Source of the DNA: Thermoplasmata archaeon
Lineage (GTDB): Archaea; Thermoplasmatota; Thermoplasmata; Halarchaeoplasmatales; Halarchaeoplasmataceae
Assembly: GCA_003554965.1 (NCBI GenBank)
Contig: PWHR01000093.1
Coordinates: forward strand, 2,224 to 66,223
Direction: 5' to 3'
DNA: 64,000 nucleotides
The first letter of the stretch is position 1; each line of letters opens with the position of its first letter. Position numbers and translations under genes: made by a program. The notes below the pieces were generated by a model. The model did no database searches. It was not told the origin of the DNA and worked only from the letters and a program-made list of their open reading frames with translations. Of the stretch, positions 9,530-18,769 are shown in pieces.

Positions 9530-10828
9530 TTATTTTCTGTATTGGTCTAGAACACTTACATGTTTGTGGGCGGTAGATCCTTCATAGAAACAGTAATGGA
9601 TCTCTTGGAAATCCTTTCTGAATTCGATTACATCTTGTTTTACTTTTTCGGGAGTTTCGCCATCCACGACTATCCTTTTTATGAATTCGGCAACTTCGTC
9701 CATGTGGCTCTCCTTCATACCTAAACGGGTCAATGCTTGGCTGCCCAATCTTATCCCGCTGGGTTCGTTGGCGCTGTCGACGTCATCCCATGGCATCAGA
9801 TTTTTATTGGCTATGATATTGGCGTCTTCCATAGCTTCCACTAAAGTTTCACCGCCGCCTTGATCTTGAACGTCTATGGCTAAAGTGTGAGACTCGGTGA
9901 AGCCCTTGTGCTCACATAGAACCTCTATACCGCGTTCATGAAGGGATTGGCCTAATGCTTTTGCATTCTTTATTATCTGTTTTGCGTATTCTTCGCCGAA
10001 TTTTCTGTGTTCAGCGAGTGCCACTCCAAGAGCGGCCATAGAATGCAGATGATGATTTGATACCACGCCAGGGAACATACCGAAAAAGAGGCTTTCTTCG
10101 GTCTGTTCATCTTGTGGATTTGCCAAAATAAGACCGCGTTGTGGTCCTGGTAGAGTCTTATGGGTACTTCCTGTCATTACTTCAACTCCGTTTTCCATCG
10201 GTTGTTGGAATTCTCCACCTGCGATCAGACCTAGTACGTGGGCGGCATCATACCACACATGACATCCCACCTCTTCAAAAACATCCTGTAACTCTTCAAG
10301 AGGTGGTGGAAAAAGGAATACAGATCTACCGAAAAGGGCGATATCAGGTTCGACTTCTCTGATAAGTTCCTTAGTTCCTTCTCCTTCTATGTTCATCTCC
10401 TCAACGTTGAAAGGATAGGTCTGAGGTCTCATCCCTCGCAGTCCTACGGAGCCAAATGTCGCGCTGCTAATATGTGCGCCTGAAGAAACGTCAACGGCCG
10501 TTATACTTTTGTCCGGCCCTCCTAAGGCCATCAGTACTGCTTGATTTGCGTTTGTGCCGGATATAGGTCTTACATCTGCGTAATCTACACCGAATGTTTC
10601 TTTAGCGAGCTCCTGCACTTTCCGTTCGACATTGTCTACGTAAATGTTACCCTCGTAGTACCTATCTCCTGGAGGTCCCTCAGCGTATTTATCCTGAAAT
10701 TCTGAAAGCATTAGGTCTCTAGCCATTGGACTTATTATGTTTTCTGAAGCTATCATCGGGAGTGACTTTGAGAACCACTCCACATGTTTTTTTGCCTGTT
10801 TATATATATACTCCGCATCTTCTTTCAT
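9530..10828 (-). CDS. glyA: Serine hydroxymethyltransferase (archaeal type)
   Basis: LPMIASENIISP...YYEGN...GSTHKTLPGPQRG, the SHMT PLP-lysine context. Confidence 0.85.
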   Translation of the reverse strand: MKEDAEYIYKQAKKHVEWFSKSLPMIASENIISPMARDLMLSEFQDKYAEGPPGDRYYEGNIYVDNVERKVQELAKETFGVDYADVRPISGTNANQAVLMALGGPDKSITAVDVSSGAHISSATFGSVGLRGMRPQTYPFNVEEMNIEGEGTKELIREVEPDIALFGRSVFLFPPPLEELQDVFEEVGCHVWYDAAHVLGLIAGGEFQQPMENGVEVMTGSTHKTLPGPQRGLILANPQDEQTEESLFFGMFPGVVSNHHLHSMAALGVALAEHRKFGEEYAKQIIKNAKALGQSLHERGIEVLCEHKGFTESHTLAIDVQDQGGGETLVEAMEDANIIANKNLMPWDDVDSANEPSGIRLGSQALTRLGMKESHMDEVAEFIKRIVVDGETPEKVKQDVIEFRKDFQEIHYCFYEGSTAHKHVSVLDQYRK

Positions 10829-11015
10829 AGCGACACCTTGAAATGCGAAATGAACTCTACGTATTAAATGATTTTGTCTTATACTTGGACTCTCGAGAGT
10901 TCAATAACTTTTTATAAGTTGGAGAAAGTATCATATGAGGAGGAAGAATCAGGGAAAACCTTTAATTTGTTTATCCTGTTTCTAAAAAAAAGACTTATGT
11001 AAAACAGGTGAAAAT

Positions 11016-12173
11016 ATGGCAAAGATAGACGATTTTAAAGCTAAAGATGTTATGAGCAAAAAGTTGCCCCATGCGGCCCCTGACGACACTGTTTCCGATG
11101 CTATAGGACTTATGAGGAAACATAATCTTAACGAAGTTCCAGTTGTAAAAAAAGGTGAAATCCTAGGGATCGTTGGAGATGATACTTTCATCGATAAAAG
11201 ACATCTTCCGTTTTCGACAAAACTCCGGCACGTGATGAATAAGCCACCAGAGGTTAATGAAACAGATCCTTTAGTGAAAGTGAGTGAACTTCTTCTATCA
11301 TCCGATTACAGAGGTATACCTGTAAAATCAAAAAAAGATGATTACATCGGTTTCATAACTAGAAATGATATAACCGAGATCATACCTGAAGTTGATGAGT
11401 TGAAGCAAACAGATGTTAAAGATTTCATGACACCATCCCCTAGCACGATCTCGGAACACGATAATATAGGTAAAGCGAAAGCCATGATGAAACGACTTGA
11501 CGTGAGAGTGATTCCAGTGGTCGATAAGTATGGTAAATTGACCGGCATGATAGGAATTAGAGATATAGTCAAAGAGACTCCAAAACCTATAACTAGACAA
11601 GAAAAAGGAGATATGACTGGTGAAAAGGTCTCTCCTCAAAAAGACCTAGAAGTGAGAAGTATTATGAATGAACCTCCTATCACCACAAGTCCAAAGTCTG
11701 GCATTCGATCCGCCGCCAAAAAGATGGTGGAACACAAAGTCTCGACCCTTGTGGCTATTGAAGACGATGAGATCAAAGGAATACTGACTCAATTCGACCT
11801 TATAGAGATGATTACCAGTTTTAGAGAGGAAGATCAGGTTTATGTTCAGATCACAGGAATACAGGAAAGACCGGAAGTTTACGATCAGATGTACGATTTA
11901 ATACAGACCTATCTACAGAAAATAAATAAAGTGATGAAACCATTGGTACTCAACGTTCATGTGATAAAACATCAAAAGGAAGGTGGACAGGCGAAACACA
12001 GCGTAAGACTCCGTCTCTCTACAGACCACGGTATGTTCTACTCTAAAAAATTTGACTGGAACGTTATGCGTGCTTTAGATGAGGCTCTTGAAACATTGAG
12101 AAGGAGGATCTTCGAAAAAAAAGAGAAAAGAGTGGACCGAAAAAAACATCCTAAGTATCAGAAATTAATCTAA
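11016..12173 (+). CDS. Four-CBS-domain protein with C-terminal HPF/S30AE-like (ribosome hibernation factor-like) domain
   Basis: Two CBS pairs (…VSDAIGLMRKHNLNEVPVV…, …IPVVDKYGKLTGMIGIRDIV…, …AAKKMVEHKVSTLVAI…). The C-terminal about 100 aa shows a beta-alpha-beta-beta-beta-alpha pattern: VYVQITGIQERPEVYDQMYDLIQTYLQKI / LVLNVHVIK / HSVRLRLS / FYSKKFDWNVMRALDEALETLRRRIFEKKEK. Confidence 0.55.
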   Translation: MAKIDDFKAKDVMSKKLPHAAPDDTVSDAIGLMRKHNLNEVPVVKKGEILGIVGDDTFIDKRHLPFSTKLRHVMNKPPEVNETDPLVKVSELLLSSDYRGIPVKSKKDDYIGFITRNDITEIIPEVDELKQTDVKDFMTPSPSTISEHDNIGKAKAMMKRLDVRVIPVVDKYGKLTGMIGIRDIVKETPKPITRQEKGDMTGEKVSPQKDLEVRSIMNEPPITTSPKSGIRSAAKKMVEHKVSTLVAIEDDEIKGILTQFDLIEMITSFREEDQVYVQITGIQERPEVYDQMYDLIQTYLQKINKVMKPLVLNVHVIKHQKEGGQAKHSVRLRLSTDHGMFYSKKFDWNVMRALDEALETLRRRIFEKKEKRVDRKKHPKYQKLI

Positions 12174-12204
12174 GAACTAGTTTATTAGGAATTTCGCAGT
12201 AATA

Positions 12205-12888
12205 TTGGAGAGATGTAACTTGACGTTTGCTGCCCTATATTCAGGAGGAAAGGACTCTACACTAGCTATTTTGAAAGCTCAAAAAGAGGGCATAGATATC
12301 TCATATCTTGTAACTGTCGATCCAAAGAAAGAAGACTCTTACATGTTTCATAAGCCTAATCTCCATCTAGTACCAAAATTAGCGGAGTCTATGGGTATTA
12401 GAACTATCATGATAAATAGTTCGGGTGAAAAAGAGAAAGAGATTGAAGATCTTAAAAGAGGACTCGAAGATCTCGATATCGAAGGTTTGGTATTGGGTGC
12501 CGTAGCTTCCAATTACCAAAGAAGCAGGATCGAAAGATTATCATTTGATCTTTCTATCGATCTATTTGCCCCACTGTGGCATATGGACCAAGATGAACTT
12601 CTCCAAGAACTTTTGACAGAGAATTTAAAAACTGTGATAGTCAGCGTTTCAGCGGAAGGACTCGGAAAAGAATGGTTAGGCAGAAAAATCGATCGAGAGA
12701 CCATCGTAGAACTAAAAGAACTGCACGAAAAATATGGAATAAATATTTCAGGAGAGGGCGGAGAGTACGAAACTTTAGTTTTGGGATCACCCAACTATAG
12801 ACACGATTTCATGATCACAAAGAGTGAAAAATTCTGGGACGGAATTAGGGGAAAACTAGATGTAAAAGAAATAAAAAGAAGAAAATAA
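12205..12888 (+). CDS. Dph6-like PP-loop ATP pyrophosphatase (diphthine-ammonia ligase / MJ0570 family)
   Basis: N-terminal AALYSGGKDS PP-loop. About 225 aa. Confidence 0.65.
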   Translation: MERCNLTFAALYSGGKDSTLAILKAQKEGIDISYLVTVDPKKEDSYMFHKPNLHLVPKLAESMGIRTIMINSSGEKEKEIEDLKRGLEDLDIEGLVLGAVASNYQRSRIERLSFDLSIDLFAPLWHMDQDELLQELLTENLKTVIVSVSAEGLGKEWLGRKIDRETIVELKELHEKYGINISGEGGEYETLVLGSPNYRHDFMITKSEKFWDGIRGKLDVKEIKRRK

Positions 12889-12900
12889 GGGTCAGGAGAT

Positions 12901-13461
12901 CTACCGGTAGGATAGTTCTCCTTCACCAAAGGATTCATCTCGATGACCGCTCACATCAGACCAGAACCTCTGTGCTGTCTCTTTGTCGCCCTTTTCACCT
13001 TCGCTGAGCTCTCCCTCCATAAGCATCAATTCTTCTGAAAGCGATTCATAATGTCCTTTTTCCATCAGAGCTAGATATCTAAAGAATGGGGCATAATCAT
13101 CGAATCGTTCTGCCATATATTTGTAGATCATTTTTGCGTTCTCTTCGTTTTCTATGGCTTTTTGTAGGGAATCTATTACATTTTGCGCATCTGTAAGATC
13201 ATAGGCAGTTTCGTGAGGTGGAAGATCATCAGATTCGGGAACCTCGTATTCTCTTGTGCCAAATTCTTTTTCATACCTTTTTACCAATTCTTTTTTATGA
13301 ATCTCCTCATCCTTTGCTAAAGCTTTGAATCTTTCTTTGACCAGTGTTCCTAGTCCTGCCTCTACAAAAGCAGTGTAAAATTTTTTAGCGTCCTCTTCAG
13401 ATGCTATAGAGTAGGCCATCAATTCTTTTAAGCTGAATTCCTCTAAGTCTTCTTTTAACAT
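12901..13461 (-). CDS. Ferritin-like/rubrerythrin-family diiron domain protein
   Basis: Two E...E..H-like helices (DEEIHKKELVKRYEKEFG; ENEENAKMIYKYMAERF...MEKGHYESL). No rubredoxin Cys. Confidence 0.45.
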   Translation of the reverse strand: MLKEDLEEFSLKELMAYSIASEEDAKKFYTAFVEAGLGTLVKERFKALAKDEEIHKKELVKRYEKEFGTREYEVPESDDLPPHETAYDLTDAQNVIDSLQKAIENEENAKMIYKYMAERFDDYAPFFRYLALMEKGHYESLSEELMLMEGELSEGEKGDKETAQRFWSDVSGHRDESFGEGELSYR

Positions 13462-13555
13462 GGTATCGAATTAAGTAGAAGATGCTTCCTTAAAATATTT
13501 TCTGTACTCTTTACTTCGCTTTTCTAAGAGAAATTTTTTTATACCGGGGATTTGT

Positions 13556-15016
13556 TTGTACCACGGTGCAAGCATGAGAAATCTTGTTGAGTATGGTATA
13601 GAACTGCTAGAAAAAGAAGGGGCTGAATATGGAGATATTAGATTTTTCGATAGCAAAACTGAGAACATCAATGTAAAGAACGGAGCAGTCGAAGCTATAA
13701 AGAACAGTAATAGTAGAGGATATGGTATCAGAGTGATTAAACGTGGATGGGGGTTTGCATCCTCGAACGACTTTACCAAGGAAGGTATGGAGGAGGCTGT
13801 TAAAAGAGCTCTCAAGATCGCCAAAGCATCTTCTAAAGCTTCGGAGAAAATCGAACTCGCAGATATTGAGATACATGAAGATACTTACGAAACACCTCAC
13901 AAAAAGGATCCTTTTAAAATTGGGTTAGAAGAAAAATTAGATTATTTGATGGATGTTGACGACAGGATGAATATAGACGACAAGATAAAAGTAAGAAAAT
14001 GTAATTTTAACGCCTGGAAAACGATCAAAGAATTTGCGAGCACGGAAGGTGCTAAAATAGAGCAAAAATTGATACAGACAGGAGGAGGATTGAGTGTGAA
14101 CGTCTTCGACGGGGAAGACACCCAAAAGAGGAGTTACCCCAATTCCTTCGGAGGAGATTTCAACTCTCGAGGATATGAGTTTTTTGAAAATTTGGAACTT
14201 TTAGACAATGCAAAAGAAACTGCTGAAGAAGGTGTTGAACTTCTCGAAGCGGATCAATGTCCAAAAGGAAATATGGATATAATATTGAATACGAATCAAT
14301 TAGCCTTACAGGTACATGAGAGCTGTGGTCATCCAACAGAACTCGATAGAGCGCTTGGAACTGAAGCTAGTTATGCAGGAACTAGTTTTCTAACACCTGA
14401 CAAATTGAACGAACTAAGGTATGGAGACGAAAGAGTAAACATAGTAGCTGATGCAACTGCCGAAGGTGGTTTGGGCACTTTTGGCTATGATGACGAAGGT
14501 GTGAAAGCTAAAAAGGTCGATCTGATAAGAAACGGTATTTTTGTAGGTTATCAAGCTTCTAGGGAAGGAGCCGCAAAAGTTGGATTGGAACCTAGTGGGA
14601 ATATGCGGGCCGATGGTTGGGAAAATCTCCCGCTTGTCAGGATGACAAATATTAACTTAGAACCAGGTAGTTGGGAAAAAGATGAGATCGTAGAGGAGAC
14701 AAAAAAAGGAATAATATTCGATGGAGTGAAGAGTTGGAGTATAGACGATAAAAGACTTAACTTCCAATTCGGAACTGAAGCCGGCTATCTCGTTGAGAAC
14801 GGTGAAATCAGTGGGCTGATAAAAAATCCAACTTATACCGATATAACCCCTGATTTCTGGAAAAGCTGTGATGCTATCGCAGGAGAGAAAGATTGGGTCC
14901 TACATGGGGTCCCCAACTGTGGAAAGGGAGAACCACCCCAAACCATGCAGGTTGGGCATGGTTGTGCACCTGCTCGTTTTAACGAGATCAGAGTGGGGGT
15001 GGGAAAATGGAATTAA
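13556..15016 (+). CDS. tldD: TldD family metalloprotease
   Basis: HESCGHPTELD zinc motif plus the overall TldD length and pattern. Likely ATG start at 13574. Confidence 0.85.
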   Translation: MYHGASMRNLVEYGIELLEKEGAEYGDIRFFDSKTENINVKNGAVEAIKNSNSRGYGIRVIKRGWGFASSNDFTKEGMEEAVKRALKIAKASSKASEKIELADIEIHEDTYETPHKKDPFKIGLEEKLDYLMDVDDRMNIDDKIKVRKCNFNAWKTIKEFASTEGAKIEQKLIQTGGGLSVNVFDGEDTQKRSYPNSFGGDFNSRGYEFFENLELLDNAKETAEEGVELLEADQCPKGNMDIILNTNQLALQVHESCGHPTELDRALGTEASYAGTSFLTPDKLNELRYGDERVNIVADATAEGGLGTFGYDDEGVKAKKVDLIRNGIFVGYQASREGAAKVGLEPSGNMRADGWENLPLVRMTNINLEPGSWEKDEIVEETKKGIIFDGVKSWSIDDKRLNFQFGTEAGYLVENGEISGLIKNPTYTDITPDFWKSCDAIAGEKDWVLHGVPNCGKGEPPQTMQVGHGCAPARFNEIRVGVGKWN

Positions 15017-16374
15017 ATAAGGAAAACTTCGAAGAGATTTCGGATAAAATATTGAATCAAAGCGAAGCTGATGAGATCGAAGTCAGAATAACCCATAATG
15101 ACACCGCTCTCACAAGATACGCAAATTCTCAGATCCATCAAAACATAGGGAGAAAAGATACAAAACTAGCTATCAGAGCCATATTTGGTAAGAAAATCGG
15201 TTCTGCCTCTACGAATTCACTGAACGAAGACTCTATCGAAAATTGCCTAGACAAGGCAGAAAAAATCGCGAGGAACCAGAGAAGCGATCCCGATTTTAAA
15301 GGGCTTCCTGATCGAAAAGAACCAGTTGATAAAGAAGGGGTTTTCTTGGAAAGAACCGCTGAATATTCTCCGGACGAAAGAGCCGAAAAAGTAAAGGATA
15401 TAATAGATCTAGCCAAGGAAGATGGGATCGACAGAGTGTATGGAGCATTCAAAACTGAAGCATCTAAACTTTTCATCGCCAACTCACACGGTGTGAAAAG
15501 ATGTGCTGATCTCACTACTGCAAATTTGACCACTAGTGTGATAGCCGATTGGGATAACGATCAAGGTTTTGGTTGGGGTGAGATGTGTTCTGCTGATGTT
15601 GCTGAAATAGATCATCTCTCTGTGGGGAAAAGGGCAGTAGACAAAGGTCTCAACAACCTGAATCCCAAGAAGATGGATGAAGGAGAATATGACGTTATCC
15701 TGGAACCATTAGCCGTTAAAGATTTGCTTGTGTATCTAGACATGATGGGGTTCAGTGCTAAGAGCGTTCAAGAAAAAAGAAGCTTTATGAACGGTAAGTT
15801 TGGAGAGCAGATAATGGATGAGCGGGTAAATATACACGACGATGTTTCAGATATAGATATGGTCGGTTATCCTTTTGACTACGAAGGCGTGCCAAAAAAG
15901 AAGGTCGATATAATCAAGGATGGCGTCGCCAATGAGGTGGTGTATGATTCTTATACCGCTGGGCGAGAAGACGAGAAAGAGTCTACTGGTCACGCATTAC
16001 CGATGCCCAGTCCCATGAGCCCTCTAGCAATGAATCTGTTGATGGATACGGGTACATACTCTTTAGATGAGATGATCGAAGAGACCAAAAAAGGTATTCT
16101 GGTGACTAGGTTCAATTACTGTAACCCTGTGCATCCCGTTAAAGGTATCCTTACAGGTCTTACAAGGGATGGTACCTGGCTGGTAGAAGATGGAGAGATC
16201 AAACATCCGATCAAAAATCTAAGGTTTACTCAGAACCTCATAGAGGCCTTCGACAGCATCGAAGGGATCGGCGAAGAAAGAGAACTTTTTGCTATGGGGT
16301 ATTTCCCGGCCTATTTCGCCGCTCCAGCCTTAAAAATCTCAGACTTTAAGTTCACTGGGACTACAGAGTTCTAA
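15007..16374 (+). CDS. pmbA: PmbA/TldE family protein (TldD partner)
   Basis: Overlaps the tldD stop by 10 nt. TldD/PmbA-like C-terminal GYFPAYF...P pattern. Confidence 0.8.
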   Translation: MELNKENFEEISDKILNQSEADEIEVRITHNDTALTRYANSQIHQNIGRKDTKLAIRAIFGKKIGSASTNSLNEDSIENCLDKAEKIARNQRSDPDFKGLPDRKEPVDKEGVFLERTAEYSPDERAEKVKDIIDLAKEDGIDRVYGAFKTEASKLFIANSHGVKRCADLTTANLTTSVIADWDNDQGFGWGEMCSADVAEIDHLSVGKRAVDKGLNNLNPKKMDEGEYDVILEPLAVKDLLVYLDMMGFSAKSVQEKRSFMNGKFGEQIMDERVNIHDDVSDIDMVGYPFDYEGVPKKKVDIIKDGVANEVVYDSYTAGREDEKESTGHALPMPSPMSPLAMNLLMDTGTYSLDEMIEETKKGILVTRFNYCNPVHPVKGILTGLTRDGTWLVEDGEIKHPIKNLRFTQNLIEAFDSIEGIGEERELFAMGYFPAYFAAPALKISDFKFTGTTEF

Positions 16375-16405
16375 TCCATATATCTATCAATGGTAAATCT
16401 GTCAC

Positions 16406-17473
16406 TTACATCGGTAGTTCCTTGAGGCCCTCAGATATCAATCGGATCAAATTTTTCACGTCTCTCCAATCTCCAGTTTCTACAGTAGAATGGGAGTATC
16501 TGACAGGTACGCCTATTGATATCGTAAGACAACCTGACTCTTGGATCGCCATACCATCGGTGGTCCCACCAGTGACACCATACTGGTAAGGGATGTCATT
16601 CTCTTCGGCAACTTCTTTAAAATGGTCCACCAATTCAGGAGAGGAGATAGCCCTTGAATCCACCATCCTGAGAACTGGACCTTCTCCAAATTTTATAGGT
16701 TTGTAAAATTCTTCGACTCCCGGCATATCTGATGTTGAATAAGTGTCCAAAGCAATAACGTATTCTGGATCCATCGTGTTAGCGACCACTTTGGCACCTC
16801 GCAAACCTATCTCTTCCTGGACACTCCATATAGAGGAAAGTGCTAAATCCAATTCAGATTCTTTGGAAACAAAATTATTGAGTACCTCTAAAAGAGCATA
16901 ACAACCTATCCTGTTGTCGAGAGCTCTACCTGAAATGACATTATCGTTCAATCTGCGTAATTTTTTATCGAAAGTAACCGGATCAGGGACATCGATTCCC
17001 ATCTCCTTGGCCTCTTCAGCCGACTCCGCTCCGATATCAACGTGGGTTTTGGTCCAAGGGGTTACCTCATCGTCTTTATCCTTATCAGTGGTAAGATGGG
17101 GGGGTTTATGCCCTATGACTCCATTGATCGGACCTTCTGAAGTATGTATAGTAACATGTCTACCATTCAAAAGTGGATCCAAAACTCCGCCTATTTTTTT
17201 AATTCTCAGATATCCATCATCCTTGATATTGGATACAACTAACCCGATCTCATCCATATGAGCGACTAGACCGACCGTTGGTTTTCCCTCAGAATGATTC
17301 ATTTCATATATCAGGTTCCCTATGTTGTCTGTTCTTATATCTTCAGGATTTTTTACACCGACATGATCGGTTATCAATCCTCTGAGTTTTTCCCTGATAG
17401 GTTCTTCAAATCCTGCTACGCCTGGTGTTTTCAATATTTGGGTAAAAACGTCTAGACCTTCGATTTTTTTCAT
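16406..17473 (-). CDS. M42 family aminopeptidase (FrvX/TET-like)
   Basis: VAHMDEIGLVV, ALDNRIGCYAL and TGGTTDG motifs typical of M42 peptidases. Confidence 0.8.
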   Translation of the reverse strand: MKKIEGLDVFTQILKTPGVAGFEEPIREKLRGLITDHVGVKNPEDIRTDNIGNLIYEMNHSEGKPTVGLVAHMDEIGLVVSNIKDDGYLRIKKIGGVLDPLLNGRHVTIHTSEGPINGVIGHKPPHLTTDKDKDDEVTPWTKTHVDIGAESAEEAKEMGIDVPDPVTFDKKLRRLNDNVISGRALDNRIGCYALLEVLNNFVSKESELDLALSSIWSVQEEIGLRGAKVVANTMDPEYVIALDTYSTSDMPGVEEFYKPIKFGEGPVLRMVDSRAISSPELVDHFKEVAEENDIPYQYGVTGGTTDGMAIQESGCLTISIGVPVRYSHSTVETGDWRDVKNLIRLISEGLKELPM

Positions 17474-17503
17474 TTTTTTTCCTCCATTAATATATTACAA
17501 GCA

Positions 17504-17535
17504 AGGGGAGACCCCTTTATTTCGAGTGGAAAGGT
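17504..17535 (-). promoter_or_regulatory. Copy 1 of a 30-nt conserved element (TTTCCACYYGAAATAAAGGGGTCTCCC), about 40-70 nt upstream of the M42 peptidase ATG
   Basis: The minus-strand reading matches 20703..20735 with 2 mismatches. It contains a TATA-like GAAATAAA. Confidence 0.45.
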
Positions 17536-17544
17536 AGTATGTGA

Positions 17545-18684
17545 TCATACAAAGGGAGGGTTAGTGACCTCGGCTTTTCTTTTATCGTCTCTGATCTTTA
17601 TCTGCACTTCTGTGCCTTCTTCGTGATATCCTGGATCTACATAACCTAAGGCGATGCCTTTTTTCAAAGATGGAGACCTTGTCCCGCTGGTAACTTCGCC
17701 GATCTTTTCATCCCCATCGTAAATCTCATAGCCATGACGAGGGATACCCTTCTCTTGCATCACAAATCCTTTTAACATCTGATTATCTTCTTCTTTGATC
17801 TCCTCTAGTTTTTCTTTCCCTACAAATTCATGATCCCATTCGATCGCTTGTTCTTCCCAACCAGTTTCGATAGTTGTTCTAGACCTATCAAAATCATTAT
17901 TTGCAAGTAAAAACCCGAATTCTATCCTCAACGTATCTCTTGCTCCTAGACCACATCTTACCGGGGGTTCATCAAGGTCCATCAATTGCTCCCATAAGAC
18001 AACTCCGGCCTTATTAGGAAGGGCTATCTCAAAACCGTCTTCTCCTGTATATCCGCTTCTCTGAACTATTGGTGTATCGGAGACCGGCCAGTCAGAGTCA
18101 AATTTGTCCATCACCTCTTCGTTCATAGGTATCTGTTTTGACTGGAAAAATTCAATCTCGGAGAGATCTTCTTCAGTCACCTGTTGAAGTGTCTCTTCAG
18201 CATCTGGTCCTTGGATAGCTAAGATTACTGTCTTGTCGGAGAGATCGGTAATATATTCACCACCTCCCTCGTCTTTAAACCACTCGGATATTTCTTCATT
18301 TTTTCCTACGTTTGGGACTATAAAGCAAGCATCTTCTGAAACTTTAGTAACGATTGTATCATCTATGATACCTCCATCATGATCTAAAATGTGAGAATAC
18401 TTCAATTGGTTGACCTCTGAATCTTTTATATCCATAGTACAATGACGGCTGATAAAATCGATGGCACTATCTCCTTTTAAAAGAATAGTACCCATATGAG
18501 ATACATCGAAAATACCTACTGCTTCTCTAACAGCTTTATGTTCTTTATTTATACTGCTGAATTTGAGAGGCATTTCATATCCTCCAAAATTTGTCATCCT
18601 TGCTCCAGCTTCTTTATGTTTTTTGTTAAGGGCTGTCTGTTTCATGGTATCGGTATCGCTTAATCCTTTAAAAGTTTTTATCAT
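17545..18684 (-). CDS. gcvT: Glycine cleavage system T protein (aminomethyltransferase)
   Basis: FDVSHMG...GYTGEDGFE...GLGARDTLRIE are GcvT signatures. Confidence 0.85.
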   Translation of the reverse strand: MIKTFKGLSDTDTMKQTALNKKHKEAGARMTNFGGYEMPLKFSSINKEHKAVREAVGIFDVSHMGTILLKGDSAIDFISRHCTMDIKDSEVNQLKYSHILDHDGGIIDDTIVTKVSEDACFIVPNVGKNEEISEWFKDEGGGEYITDLSDKTVILAIQGPDAEETLQQVTEEDLSEIEFFQSKQIPMNEEVMDKFDSDWPVSDTPIVQRSGYTGEDGFEIALPNKAGVVLWEQLMDLDEPPVRCGLGARDTLRIEFGFLLANNDFDRSRTTIETGWEEQAIEWDHEFVGKEKLEEIKEEDNQMLKGFVMQEKGIPRHGYEIYDGDEKIGEVTSGTRSPSLKKGIALGYVDPGYHEEGTEVQIKIRDDKRKAEVTNPPFV

Positions 18685-18769
18685 TTTTGGCGGTTTTGTA
18701 GGAAAGATTTATAGTTTTTGTCTCTTATAATCATTAACATACGCTTATAGGTTGAGAAGGTGAAAAAAT

